Assembly (NCBI GenBank): GCA_963730605.1
Contig: CAVSSM010000001.1
Span: forward strand, 576,001 to 640,000
Direction of reading: 5' to 3'
Length of the DNA stretch: 64,000 bases
Source: an uncultured Chlamydiae bacterium
GTDB taxonomy: Bacteria > Chlamydiota > Chlamydiia > Chlamydiales > SM23-39
Made by a program: the position numbers and the translations under genes
Notes under the pieces: generated by a model
What the model was told of the DNA's origin: nothing
The model's input: the letters and a program-made list of their open reading frames with translations, nothing else
The model's database searches: none
Shown: piece by piece, positions 19,406 to 30,174 of the stretch
Position numbering within the stretch: the first letter of the stretch is position 1
How the letters are laid out: every line of letters begins with the position of its first letter

Positions 19406-21362
19406 ATGGAAAATTTCCTTTCCGGAAAACTGACTGTAGATGCGCTGCCTCACCATTGGTACACGGTAGGCGGGACGATATTTATGGTGCTCGCTGGGCT
19501 GGCCCTTGCAGCGTTTCTTACGAAAACCAAACGATGGGGTTGGCTTTGGAATGAGTGGCTTACATCGACTGATCCCAAAAAAATCGGGACCATGTACATG
19601 ATCTTTTCTTCGGTCATGTTCTTTCGTGGGATGGTCGATGCCGGGATGATCTGGATTCAGCAGGCAATCGCTGCGGATTCCCAAGGATATCTGACCGCGA
19701 CTCACTTTCAAGAAATTTTCACTTCCCATGGCGACATCATGGTTTTTTTCGTAACCATGGGATTATTCTTCGGGCTCATGAATTGGATTGTACCGCTGCA
19801 AATAGGAGCTCGCGATTTGGCTTTCCCCTTTATGAATTCATTGGGTTTTTGGCTCACTGTCGCGGGCGGAATCTTGATTAATTTCTTTTTTGTGATCGGC
19901 GGACATTTTGCCAATACGGGCTGGCTTGCGATCGCACCGCTGTCCGAGCTTGAATTTAACCCGGGCGCTGGAGTCGATTATTTGATTTGGAGTTTGCAGC
20001 TATCCGGTCTTGGGGAGCCTGCTCGCAGGAATTAACTTTACCGTAACGATCATCAAAAAACGGGCCCCGGGGATGACTGTAATGAAAATGCCTCTTTTCA
20101 TCTGGGCCTCTTTATGCGCTATGATTCTCATTATCTCGGCATTCCCCGTGCTTACCGCAACTACATTCCTTCTTTGGCTTGACCGCACTTTTGCGATGCG
20201 TATCTTTACTCCTGGATTCGGGGGCAATCAAATGATGTACTTCAATCTCATTTGGATGTGGGGACATCCCGAGGTATATATTTTAGTTATTCCATCATTT
20301 GGAATGTTCTCGGAAATCATATCCACTTTTTCGCAAAAAAAGATATTTGGATATAATTCCATGGTATTCGCTCTTCTTTCTATAACCCTTCTTTCTTATT
20401 TGGTATGGCTGCATCACTTTTTTACGATGGGCTCTGGGGCGAGTGTGAACACTTTCTTTGCGATTGTGACCCTTGTGATCGCGATCCCATCGGGAGTCCA
20501 AGTATTTAACTGGATCCTCACTATGCACCAGGGAAGAGTGATCTTTGCATCCCCAATGTATTGGACGATAGGGTTTATCTGCATATTTATGATCGGAGGC
20601 ATGGCCGGACTCACATTGGCAGCTCCACCCGCGGATTTTCAAGTACATAACAGTTTATTTTTGGTTGCCCATTTCCATACCATGATCGTTGGAGTCGCCC
20701 TTTTTGGAATTTTTGCCGGGATTACTTATTGGTTCCCCAAGATTTTTGGATTTACTCTCAATGAACACTTAGGCAAGCGCGCTTTTTGGTTCTGGCTAGT
20801 CGGATTTTTTGTCTCGTTTCTTCCCCTCTATGTTTTGGGATTCATGGGAGCGCCGAGAAGGCTCGATCACTATGCGGCTTCGACCCATTGGCAGCCATTA
20901 TTTATCACATCCGCCGTGGGATTTGTCCTCATTTCCTGCGGGGTCATCACTCAAATCATCCAGCTCGTGATCAGCATTAAAGAAAGAAAAAAGCATTTGG
21001 ACAAGACCGGCGATCCTTGGAACGGCAGAACGCTTGAGTGGTCAACCCCCTCGCCGCCTCCTTTTTATAACTATACGGTCATTCCCACTGTGTCGAGCCG
21101 TGAAGAATTTTGGGACATGAAAAAAAGAGGCAGGCCCAAGCCCCAGTATGAGGATATTTTAATATTCAAGAATACGGGGATGGGGATCTATATAGCGGGC
21201 TTTGCTTTCGTGTTTGGATTTGCTGTGGTTTGGCACCTCATCTGGCTTGCCGCCATTGGCCTTGGCGGCGCCATCGCTTGCGTCATCATCTGCTCTTTCA
21301 ATGAGGATATAGAATACGAACTGCCCGCGAAAGAGGTCAAGCGCATGGAAGCGCGAGGATAA
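19406..21362 (+). CDS. cyoB: Quinol oxidase subunit I, one frameshift at a G run near 20011-20014
   Basis: WGHPEVY, VWLHHFFTMG and VAHFH motifs; the two ORFs join as GLG-SLLAGINF. Confidence 0.93.
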
Positions 21363-21368
21363 CAGCTC

Positions 21369-21926
21369 ATGGACGATGTAAAAGTTTTCGGTTTCTGGAT
21401 TTATCTGATGACCGACATCGTCATCTTCGCTGCTCTTTTTGCAACCTTCGTCGTTTTGCAGAGCTCCACATTCGGAGGCCCTTCGGGCCATACCCTCTTT
21501 GAGTTACCCTCGGTAATCGAAGAGACTCTCATCCTATTGTCAAGCAGCTTTACATGTTCCTTGGCAACGCTTGCGGTGCATCGCAAGCAACGGGGCTGGG
21601 TTATTTTCTGGTTCCTCGTCACCTTTGCCTTTGGAGTAGCCTTCCTTTTTCTCGAAATCTCAGAATTTTCCAAATTCATCCATGAGGGCGCAGGGCCGCA
21701 GCGAAGCGGGTTCCTCTCTTCCTTTTTCATATTAGTGGGCACTCATGGACTCCATATCACAGTAGGGTTATTGTGGATGGCTGTGGCGACCTTTCGTCTC
21801 ATCTTTCGCCCTCTTTCGGCGTTCGCTATTTCTCAGATTTTCCGTCTCGCCTTCTTCTGGCATTTCCTGGACGTTGTTTGGGTCTTTATTTTTTCCGTTG
21901 TCTATTCTATGGGGATCTTAGAATGA
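21369..21926 (+). CDS. cyoC: Quinol oxidase subunit III
   Basis: FGFWIYLMTD, LVGTHGLH and FWHFLDVVW motifs. Confidence 0.94.
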   Translation: MDDVKVFGFWIYLMTDIVIFAALFATFVVLQSSTFGGPSGHTLFELPSVIEETLILLSSSFTCSLATLAVHRKQRGWVIFWFLVTFAFGVAFLFLEISEFSKFIHEGAGPQRSGFLSSFFILVGTHGLHITVGLLWMAVATFRLIFRPLSAFAISQIFRLAFFWHFLDVVWVFIFSVVYSMGILE

Positions 21927-21938
21927 AAGAGGCATCCC

Positions 21939-22256
21939 ATGCATAGCTCGCTCATAGCGCGCATCATCGGATATGTAGGATCGCTGATCTTGACGATCAC
22001 TGTTTTTTTCATTGTCGTTCATCCAGAGTTTTTTCACCTGGTCGCTAAAACGGCTATCCCTGTTATTTTTATTCTTGCTCTCTTGCAGAGCGCCGTACAG
22101 TCAATATTTTTCCTAAATGTCCTCAGTGAAAAAGGACCTCGCTGGAATTTAATTGTTTTTTCTTCCACGGTTTCGATCGTCATCATCATTGTCTGCTTCT
22201 CGATCTGGATCATGCACCACCTCGATACCCATATGATGCCTCATCATCATCATTGA
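21939..22256 (+). CDS. cyoD: Quinol oxidase subunit IV
   Basis: Three TM helices with IGYVGSLILT and SIWIM; operon position. Confidence 0.88.
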   Translation: MHSSLIARIIGYVGSLILTITVFFIVVHPEFFHLVAKTAIPVIFILALLQSAVQSIFFLNVLSEKGPRWNLIVFSSTVSIVIIIVCFSIWIMHHLDTHMMPHHHH

Positions 22257-22344
22257 CTGGAAAGGAGTCCTTCTAGCATCTTCATCTCTCTTTATCGGGA
22301 GAAAGCCTTATGCAAATTTTTTATGCCCAGATCCTTTAGAAACA

Positions 22345-22557
22345 GTGACAAAACATGAAAAGTTTCCAACGCGCGCCGCATTTCAAGGCTTTTTGAGGCA
22401 GTGGTTTCCTTATTTGAGACCGCTTCCTGCCGATTTAAAGGACATTTTTCTTGACCAGTTGGTAGACTCTTATTTGAACCTCCTTCCCCCTGACGAAAAG
22501 GGGCAAGTGAGTTTTATTGTGACTCGCCTAGAAGTCGAAGCAAGAAAAGGATCGTAG
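22345..22557 (+). pseudogene. C-terminal fragment, possibly of a class I methyltransferase
   Basis: Protein-like C-terminus (QWFPYLRPLP..RLEVEARK) with no N-terminal SAM-binding part; family assignment is from memory only. Confidence 0.45.
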
Positions 22558-22558
22558 T

Positions 22559-23005
22559 ATGACGATGATCGAGCAAGTCAATCAGGGTTTGAAAGAAGCG
22601 ATGAGAAACCGAGACCAGCTTAGGGTCGATACGTTCCGCATGCTCAAATCGAAAATCTTGGCGGCTGACGCTCGCAGCAACCTTTCCGATGCCGAAGTTC
22701 TAAAGCTATTCAAAACCTACTTCGGCAATCTTCAAGAAGCTCTAGAGCAGGCTGAGGCCGCTAACCGACCCGATATCGCTGAGAGATTAAAAGGCGAGCT
22801 AGCGATCATTCAAGAATTTTTACCTAAAACTCCAACTCCAGAAGAAACCAAAGAACTCGTGATCCAGGCCATTGCCAGTTCAGGAGCCAAGACAAAAAAA
22901 GATCTTGGGTTGGTGATGAAGAGCGTTATAACGCTGAACAGCGCAGTGGATGGAAAGTTAGCAAGCAGCTTAGCGAGTCAGCTGCTGGGCGATTCAGAGA
23001 ATTGA
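22559..23005 (+). CDS. GatB/YqeY domain protein
   Basis: LKEAMR.RD..R...RMLKS, ELAIIQEFLP, KKDLGLVMK and VDGK motifs. Confidence 0.9.
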   Translation: MTMIEQVNQGLKEAMRNRDQLRVDTFRMLKSKILAADARSNLSDAEVLKLFKTYFGNLQEALEQAEAANRPDIAERLKGELAIIQEFLPKTPTPEETKELVIQAIASSGAKTKKDLGLVMKSVITLNSAVDGKLASSLASQLLGDSEN

Positions 23006-23673
23006 TGAAGGCCATTGGGATCGTCGGCGGAGCAGGGCCCGCGGCCAGCGCGTTTCTCTACGCGTCAATTGTTAAGGTTTGCCAAGATCAGTATGGAGCG
23101 AACGACTACAACGAATTTCCTGAGATGATCCTGGTCAGCTATCCTTTTACTCGCGGCAACGAGACTAAAATCCGCAAAGAAATTTCTCTTTGCCTATCAA
23201 AACTTCAAATAGCGGGAGCTACTCTTTTTTGCATTGCTTCCCATTCCTTTCATGGATTTTTGCCCACTTTGCCCAAGAATGGGTTCGTGAGCATAGTGGA
23301 TGAAGGATTGAAAGAAGCCTCTCTTCTCCAATGCTCAAAAGCATTAATCCTCGCCGCTCCGCTTACGATTTCTCTGAAACTTTATGAGCAATCGGATATT
23401 GAATGCCTCTACCCTCCTCCAGAAGAGCAGCAGCGCGTGAATCAAATCATTCGAGAAATCGCTGGGGGAAAAGTCGATGAAACCCAAGCGAATCAATTGA
23501 GAAAAATAATCTCTGGAATGCACGAGATCTCTTCTTTTAATGGAGTGATCCTTGCCTGCACAGAGCTTCCTCTACTTCATAGCAAACTGCCCCTATCGGA
23601 CAATCTTCCCATCGTCGATACCCTTCAAGTCTTGTCGACAAAACTAGCGGCTGAGGCAAGGGGACTGAAATGA
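23005..23673 (+). CDS. Aspartate/glutamate racemase family protein
   Basis: IGIVGGAGPAAS and ILACTELP motifs. Confidence 0.88.
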   Translation: MKAIGIVGGAGPAASAFLYASIVKVCQDQYGANDYNEFPEMILVSYPFTRGNETKIRKEISLCLSKLQIAGATLFCIASHSFHGFLPTLPKNGFVSIVDEGLKEASLLQCSKALILAAPLTISLKLYEQSDIECLYPPPEEQQRVNQIIREIAGGKVDETQANQLRKIISGMHEISSFNGVILACTELPLLHSKLPLSDNLPIVDTLQVLSTKLAAEARGLK

Positions 23674-23739
23674 ATTCTATGGTCCTTTATAACCCCTTCT
23701 TCGCCCTCTTGCGGCCGATCTCGTAGACAGGATAGATAT

Positions 23740-24352
23740 CGACAAAATATCGCCAGTCAGATACGCGATATGGGAGCGGATTATGTATTAGCCCTGAAGG
23801 CAAATCAACCCACCCTTCAGGATGAAGTGGCGAATTATTTCGACCAGGCAGCAGAGGCCGGAGATGAATATGCACCGTTGAACATTTTTCAAACGGAGGA
23901 GAGAGGTCATGGACGAATGGAGTTCAGAAAGATTTATGCGACGGATGATTTGGACTGGTTGCCTCAGAAGAACGAGTGGGTGGGCCTACGGTCTATCATC
24001 AAATTAGACTCGGTGAGATGGGCAGAGGGCAAAAGACAACAGGAAATCAAGTATTACATCAGCAGTTTACCACCCGAAGCGGAAACCCTCTCTCGTGTGA
24101 TTAGAGGGCATTGGAGCATTGAGAGCAGATGTCATTGGGTATTGGATGTGGTATTCGCCGAAGATCGCAATCCGATAGTAGAAGGGCACGCTCCAGAAAA
24201 TCTGAGGGCTGTGAACTTGTTAGCGGCAAAAATGTTGAAAGAGGAAAAATCGTGTAGAAAGGGCATTAGAGCCAAACGGTTTAAGGCGGCGCTTGATAAT
24301 GACTACCTACACAGGGTATTGCTGGCCGCTAACTTTTGATGCGCTCGCCCTG
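23740..24352 (+). mobile_element. 5'-truncated ISAs1-family element
   Basis: ADYVLALKANQ, GHGRMEFR, YYISS and RGHWSIE..HWVLDVVF.ED in ORF 23770..24339; right TIR TTTGATGCGCTCGCCCTG ends at 24352. Confidence 0.9.
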
Positions 24353-24523
24353 GACTATCTGGAGTCACAGCTGAAATATTCCATCGGTGATTATCCAGGT
24401 GCAATTCAAATTGCAAAAAAGGGTCTGGAGCGAGCGGAAAAGTTAGGCGCAAAAGAAGATCAACGTCGTCTCAATGCGCTCTTGCAAGAGGCGTTGTCAA
24501 AAAATGAAACGGTGCATAGATAA
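24353..24523 (+). pseudogene. C-terminal remnant of a TPR-like protein cut by ISAs1
   Basis: Protein-like frame (GDYPGAIQIAKKGLERA) starts exactly at the IS end. Confidence 0.5.
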
Positions 24524-24562
24524 ATCCCAATAACCGATTTAGCCTTGTATCTTGAGTTGTAT

Positions 24563-25480
24563 TCAAAAAAGGCGCTGAACTCTTTCTTCAACGAGCTTCA
24601 AATAAGCGCTTATTTTCCCGAGGGAAAGAAAGGAACTGGAAATAAGCTCCTTCCAAGCTGGAACGGAACGTTGAAAATCAGTCAAGATTTCACTGATGAG
24701 GGAATTCGGTAGGCCCAACTTTTCTTTGCCGTAGTATTCCACAAAGTCGTCTCGCTTCAAGTTTGTTTTCTTGCCTCGGAGTGGCAATCCGATTTCTTCT
24801 TTGCTATTCATGACAATCGTCGAATTCACTAGATCATAGGCGGGAGAAAGTCTGACAATATCCTCATCGTGGATCATCGAAAAATTTTTCACATGCATAT
24901 CTTCATTGCCCACCAGAAAATTAAACAAAGTCAAGCGAAACAACTTTGCCTTATCCAGCAATTTAACCGAACAGAATTTGTCGATAATAGCAATCAATCT
25001 TTCCATGCTAAATTCATATTTTGCTTCGTTGGAAAGTCCTGCAAGCTGTCCAAAATCTTCGATTGCGATTTTCTCTTTTCCTTTCCGGTCGAACCGTTTC
25101 ACAAAATAAACCAATGAGCGATCGACTGCGTATATCATCCCATGTAAAGGCACTTCGATATTTGCCAGTGCCGCCATTCGCATGGTTAAATCCTCATTTT
25201 GAGGTAACTCCTGATACATGGCGTGAGGCAGCTTGAGAATAAACGTGCCCCCGGAACGAACGATTTCAAAGGTTTCCTCTTTCAGATTCAGCTTTGCATT
25301 CAGTTTTGGCTGTACACCGGAGAATGAGAGCTTATCCGAATATTGAATCGCCAGCTCTAATTGCTGCGATTGTCCGTAGGGAAAGTCCTTGAAACGCACC
25401 AGACTGCGCGACAATAGCTTCAGCCCACGTTCGGAATAATGATTTTCGCATTTTTCATAGGTGATCGGGCATCGATTCAT
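24563..25480 (-). CDS. HipA-family kinase toxin (HipT-like)
   Basis: SFSGVQPK, ILK, NEDLTM, KRFDR, EDFGQ, GNEDMHVKNFS and LSPAYD motifs; lacks the HipA N-terminal subdomain. Confidence 0.9.
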   Translation of the reverse strand: MNRCPITYEKCENHYSERGLKLLSRSLVRFKDFPYGQSQQLELAIQYSDKLSFSGVQPKLNAKLNLKEETFEIVRSGGTFILKLPHAMYQELPQNEDLTMRMAALANIEVPLHGMIYAVDRSLVYFVKRFDRKGKEKIAIEDFGQLAGLSNEAKYEFSMERLIAIIDKFCSVKLLDKAKLFRLTLFNFLVGNEDMHVKNFSMIHDEDIVRLSPAYDLVNSTIVMNSKEEIGLPLRGKKTNLKRDDFVEYYGKEKLGLPNSLISEILTDFQRSVPAWKELISSSFLSLGKISAYLKLVEERVQRLF

Positions 25481-25784
25481 CTTGCTCCACCGTAATGTTG
25501 CCCACCAGCTCCCCTCCCACTCGCATCAGTTGCTCAAAACGGTCGTTTTTATCTAGTTTTGCTTTGCGGAGTAAAGCATCCAACATGAAACCCTCCGGCA
25601 AAAACCCATCGAAAAACGGAGGAAAGCGATCAAAATAATACGCTTCCTGGCTTATCGGCATGGTCAGGCTGATGGCCGAACCGCGATATCCTTCGAGATA
25701 GGCGAATTCATAGCTTTGATTTTTCTTTTTTTCGAATAAATGACCTGCCAAGACGCCATCGACAAAAACTTTAGCTCGTTTCAT
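25455..25784 (-). CDS. HipA N-terminal domain protein (HipS-like)
   Basis: AG.L, Y.F.Y, ISLTMP and PPFFDGFLPEG motifs. Confidence 0.88.
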   Translation of the reverse strand: MKRAKVFVDGVLAGHLFEKKKNQSYEFAYLEGYRGSAISLTMPISQEAYYFDRFPPFFDGFLPEGFMLDALLRKAKLDKNDRFEQLMRVGGELVGNITVEQDESMPDHL

Positions 25785-26010
25785 CTTTCTCAAACCTATG
25801 CATTAGGGGGCTTTGAAACTCCATTTGGATATTCAATACATGTAATACAGCCAGTAGAGTAGCAAGGCGTACCGTCTTTTTGCCCTTTTCAATATCGAAT
25901 ACCGCAGTTTTTCCGATTTCGGCCAATTTGGCCAATTCGAGCTGCGTCAGCTTCGCTTTTTTGCGGTGAAACCGCACCATTCGAGCAATCTTTCCGACCA
26001 AAGCATCCAT
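25771..26010 (-). CDS. XRE/HipB-like HTH regulator
   Basis: RKKAKLTQLELAKLAEIGKTAVFDIEKGK. Confidence 0.9.
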   Translation of the reverse strand: MDALVGKIARMVRFHRKKAKLTQLELAKLAEIGKTAVFDIEKGKKTVRLATLLAVLHVLNIQMEFQSPLMHRFEKDETS

Positions 26011-26012
26011 AT

Positions 26013-26106
26013 TTTACTGCTATATCGGTAAATATAGCGTTAAATCAGCATTTTTTCAAAGTTGGATCGTAAATACTCTCAAATTTACCGCTTTAGCGGT
26101 AAATTT
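26013..26106. promoter_or_regulatory. Two palindromic operator-like sites upstream of the hip operon
   Basis: TTTACCGCTTTAGCGGTAAA (26084-26103) and degenerate TTTACTGCTATATCGGTAAA (26013-26032). Confidence 0.65.
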
Positions 26107-26130
26107 GAAGGAGGCATCGTATAGAATCGA

Positions 26131-27156
26131 TTAGTAATCGAGGCGAAAATTGATGGTAAGGCCTTGAAGAACAAGGTCGTTGTTATGTTGTCCGGTGTTA
26201 TCATCGAATAGCTGATAGGCGCTGAACCAGTCTTGGATCTCATAACCCATTTTGAAGGAAAAATGGGATTGGTCTTGCCGGAAATTGAAATCGAATCCAA
26301 GTCCAATCAAACTTTGAAGCACAAGAGCGCCAAAGTTGCTGTTTGACATTTCCGTATTAACAGATACGAGAAAGTTATCCTGGAAATGATCTTTAAATTT
26401 CCAATGGCCCCAGAGAAAACCGGCTGCAAAATCTGCAATCAGACTAAAGACATATTTGTCGAGATCGTTAAAAACCCACTTGCTGCCTACGCCTCCCTTA
26501 GGGCCCAGGCCCCGGAAATTTTGTTTTAAATTCTCCGTAGCTGTGAGCGTAGTTCCGAGAAGGGGAAAAGAGATCGTAGGATTCTGCCAATTTGAGTAAA
26601 TCGTTTGATCGATCAATCCGCCTTTGAGTCCGATCAGGGGGCGAATCGAGAGATCCTTTCCGATCCAAAAGGCTCGCCCTACATCCCAATCTAATATATT
26701 GAAATTGATGTTCCAGTGCAGTTGGCCGGAGATGAAGCTTTCAGCCAAAGCCGTCGTAAAACCCCAGAAGGCAGGTTTGATGATTCCAGGACCTGGCTGA
26801 ATCGCATCAAAGGCGCGTGTGCGAAACCAAGTATAGGTTAACTGCGTATCCCATCCGTCATAATCCATATTATAGCCAATGCCGATCCTAAACCCGGGAT
26901 CCCAACCAAAAGAGACGCTTTTGAAACTGTGGGTTTGCATATTGGGATTGTCGATGAAATTGACCAGCGCCCAGTCGACTGATTCGGTTGCATGCCAAAA
27001 GAGAGCGTTGGCAAAGATATCTAGGTTGCTGCAGGAGTTTTGCGGGCGATCAGCAAGATAGAGAAGACAGCAATCAGCATCGAGCGGCTGTTCAGTCTTG
27101 TTTTGGGCGTAGAGCCCGATGCCTAGCAGGGTCGAGAAGAAAAAAAGGGGGGTCAT
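26131..27156 (-). CDS. Outer-membrane beta-barrel (Legionella MOMP/Lpg1974-like family)
   Basis: Signal peptide, WDPGFRIGIGY, GYEIQDWF, and C-terminal DLVLQGLTINFRLDY. Confidence 0.8.
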   Translation of the reverse strand: MTPLFFFSTLLGIGLYAQNKTEQPLDADCCLLYLADRPQNSCSNLDIFANALFWHATESVDWALVNFIDNPNMQTHSFKSVSFGWDPGFRIGIGYNMDYDGWDTQLTYTWFRTRAFDAIQPGPGIIKPAFWGFTTALAESFISGQLHWNINFNILDWDVGRAFWIGKDLSIRPLIGLKGGLIDQTIYSNWQNPTISFPLLGTTLTATENLKQNFRGLGPKGGVGSKWVFNDLDKYVFSLIADFAAGFLWGHWKFKDHFQDNFLVSVNTEMSNSNFGALVLQSLIGLGFDFNFRQDQSHFSFKMGYEIQDWFSAYQLFDDNTGQHNNDLVLQGLTINFRLDY

Positions 27157-27244
27157 AAACCGATCAGCAAAGTAGAGTGATAAGGCTTTAAAAAGCTTTT
27201 TGAAATCCAAACACTCGACGAAATCAGAATCCATTAACAGTCTC

Positions 27245-27559
27245 CTAAAAGTCGAAACGGGCATTGAATGTTCCCCCTTGCAATGTCAAATCGCCGTGCA
27301 CAGGTAATTGCTGCAGTGTGGGGATCCTGAGTTGATTGAACCAAACCTGCAATTCGTATCCCAATTTTACAGCAAAGCCATATCGGCACGTATGGGTATC
27401 CCACCCAATTCCTAAAAAACCCCTCAGTGTCAAGGAGCCAAGAGACGTTATGTCGCTTTTGACGGGAATTTCTATCGTTGGATTTGTGTATACGTCTTTC
27501 ACGTTCCAATTTCCCCATAGCATCCCAGTTGCAAATTCGCCGAGGAGATTGATGGAATG
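27245..27559 (-). pseudogene. C-terminal fragment of a second beta-barrel paralog, truncated by IS3
   Basis: GYELQVWFNQL..GDLTLQGGTFNARFDF; the upstream part is replaced by the IS3 left end. Confidence 0.8.
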
Positions 27560-27637
27560 TGAAGTGGACCCCGAAAACTGGACAGGTTAGTTAGTTTGCT
27601 TCATGCTACTTAACCCACTGAGCATGGAGATAAAGAA

Positions 27638-27922
27638 ATGACCAAGAGGCCACGAACCCCTCGAACAGCCGCGTTCAAAAAGAAGGTCGCATTGGAAGCG
27701 CTGCGAGAGGATAAAACGCTTAGCCAATTAGCCACCGAGTACGGCGTCCACCCTCTGCTGATCGGCAGATGGAAAAAGGAGTTGGTGGATGGAGCCGAGA
27801 GTCTGTTTGAGGGAAAAAAGAGCCGCAAACAGGACGGTGAGTTCGATCAAGAGGTCCTCGAGAAAAAAATCGGTCGATTGACGGTAGAAATCGATTTTCT
27901 TAAAAAAAAACTGGGCTATTGA
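27638..27922 (+). CDS. IS3 transposase OrfA
   Basis: HTH FKKKVALEAL..LA.EYGVHP..I..WKK; A9 run at the 3' end. Confidence 0.9.
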   Translation: MTKRPRTPRTAAFKKKVALEALREDKTLSQLATEYGVHPLLIGRWKKELVDGAESLFEGKKSRKQDGEFDQEVLEKKIGRLTVEIDFLKKKLGY

Positions 27923-28753
27923 CGGTCGAGGAAAAAAAGCTATGGATAGACGATCAGCATACAGAACTGTCGATAGCAGCCCAATGCAAGCTTCTGAGCA
28001 TCCAGCGTTCCAGCTATTACTACAGCAACGTGCCCATCAAGCCTTCGGAGTTGCAGCTTATGCGCCGCGTCGACGAAATCTACACGGCACGGTCATTTCT
28101 GGGCTCGCGCAAGATTGCTCAGGAGTTGAAGAGGGAAGGCTGCGACGTCAATCGCAAGCATGTACAGCGGATTATGCGGCTCTTGGGATTGGCCAGCAAC
28201 CAGCCAGGACCCAATACCTCCAAGCCGCACCCGGAGCACATCAAATTTCCCTACCTGCTAGGCGGCGTGGTGTTGATGGCGCCGTTGATTGCCTGGAGCA
28301 CGGATATCACGTATATTCGGCTGCCAAACGGGTTTGTGTACCTCGTCGCTGTAATCCGACTGGTTCAGCCGCCTGGTGCTATCCTATCGCCTCTCCAACA
28401 GCTTGGAGACGAGCTTTTGCCTGGATGCCCTCGAAGAAGCGATAGAACAGCACGGGAGGCCCAAAATCTTCAATACCGACCAAGGCGTGCAATTTACCTC
28501 GAAAGAGTTCGTTCAGGCGATGATTGGCCGCGATATTCGCTTCAGCATGGACGGCCGAGGCCGCGCCTTGGACAACGTGTTCGTGGAACGGCTATGGAGA
28601 TCGGTGAAGTATGAGAACGTGTATTTGCAAGACTACCAAAGCGTGCCTGAAGCAAGGATCGGCCTTGCCAGCTATTTTCAGTACTACAACACCAAGAGAC
28701 CACACCAGGTGCTCGGCTACAAAACACCTCACGAGGTGCACTATGCACAATGA
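27919..28753 (+). CDS. IS3 transposase OrfB (DDE), extra base near 28357
   Basis: WSTDITY, NTDQGVQFTS and DNVFVERLWRSVKYE are split over two frames. Confidence 0.88.
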
Positions 28754-29085
28754 ACACCGGGTCGCGCCCGCGCGCGCGCACGGGGGAACCCCCGTGCTTC
28801 TGTTTACCTGCGGATCTGAAGATATGTGTAGCTCTGAACAAAAAGCAAAGGAGTGTGTATTAAAAAACAGTTGTGAGTAAATCTGTTGTTTTGATAGGCT
28901 GCTCAACCGACAGCAGCCGTTGTTCCTTCTCAAAGAAGGAAAACGAAACGGTAGAGGCAAACTAGTTTAGCCTAAAAAGTTGTCCAGTCGATTGGGTCCA
29001 CCTCAATCTTCCCATCGTCGATACCATCAAAGTCTTGTCAAAAAAACTAGTAGCTGAGGCACGAATCTGAAAGGAATTCTGATAA

Positions 29086-29259
29086 GAGGGTGTCTACAAA
29101 GTGAGGGAACGCCCGAGTTTTTGGATTATTTTGGTCGCTTTTCAACTTCAAAGCTTGGGGGGCCATATACTGCTGTCGATATTGCCCCCCAAGTCTTGAA
29201 TCGAAAATCGGCTCAAAAGAACCGAAAAATCGACAGAACCTCACTTTGCAGACACCCTC
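29086..29259. mobile_element. MITE family A, copy 2
   Basis: 174 bp, same TIRs as copy 1, TAA duplication. Confidence 0.9.
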
Positions 29260-29352
29260 TAAAGGAAAGGCCGGTTGCTGAAATCATTAATTCTAAAAAT
29301 CGCCTTTCCGATATATTTTTAGCTTTCGAAGAAAGGATACAAAGAGCTTCGC

Positions 29353-30174
29353 ATGTTTAAAACCGGAAGAATTTTCACATTTGTAATATTATATTCTTTC
29401 TGTTTATCAGCAGACACATCGCTTCTCTCTAAAATTCCTCTCAATATTTGGCAAACAGACAAGATCAAAGAATTATCAATGCCTGCTATTGAGGCTCAGC
29501 AAACGTGGATCAGCCTCAATCCAGAGTTTTCTTGTTTTTTGTACGATGATGCGGATATTGAAAACTATATTCATCAAAAGTCGTCTCCCGACTTTCTCGA
29601 TTTATTTCATGCTCTACCGATTGGCGCCATGAAGGCTGATTTATGGCGCTATTTGATTTTGGCTACTGAGGGGGGAGTCTATTCCGACATCGACTCGATC
29701 TGCATACTGCCAATTCGAGAATGGCCATTGAATGGCTCTACATCAAATCATGTATTGCTGATTGATTTAGATTGCAATCAGAGCCAATTTTGTCAGTGGA
29801 CTTTTGCGTCTACGCCAGGGCATCCTGCGATGAAGTATGTATGCAATTATGTGTTAAAAAAATGGAAGAAAAAGGGCATTACTCTATATAGCGACGGCAC
29901 GATTAATGTGCTAGCTACAACAGGTCCAGCCATTTTCTCTTCGGCTATTAAAAAGTACATTGACGAACCACAAGATGTGGCCGCTTTTAAAATTTTAAAA
30001 AAATATGTCAAAGATAAAGAATATCGCAAACGGCTCAATCGATTAGGCATTTTTTTCACCCCTAAAGGTTACTTTAGTGGCGTAGGAGCAAAAAACTTAT
30101 TTTGGGGCAGTTGGGCAAAAGAAGCCAAAAAATTAGCTGAAGAGAGAAACGGCTTTCAGGTTCAAAATTTATGA
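29353..30174 (+). CDS. Glycosyltransferase, DXD sugar-binding (GT32-like)
   Basis: KIP..IWQT, KADLWRY, GGVYSDID, P.HP and TGP motifs. Confidence 0.88.
   Translation: MFKTGRIFTFVILYSFCLSADTSLLSKIPLNIWQTDKIKELSMPAIEAQQTWISLNPEFSCFLYDDADIENYIHQKSSPDFLDLFHALPIGAMKADLWRYLILATEGGVYSDIDSICILPIREWPLNGSTSNHVLLIDLDCNQSQFCQWTFASTPGHPAMKYVCNYVLKKWKKKGITLYSDGTINVLATTGPAIFSSAIKKYIDEPQDVAAFKILKKYVKDKEYRKRLNRLGIFFTPKGYFSGVGAKNLFWGSWAKEAKKLAEERNGFQVQNL

Larger units (their letters stand above)
27560..29005 (+). mobile_element. IS3-family insertion sequence
   Basis: Imperfect TG..CA TIRs (TGAAGTGGACCCCGAAAACTGGACA vs reverse complement TGAGGTGGACCCAATCGACTGGACA) around orfA and orfB; no target duplication. 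Confidence 0.92.
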
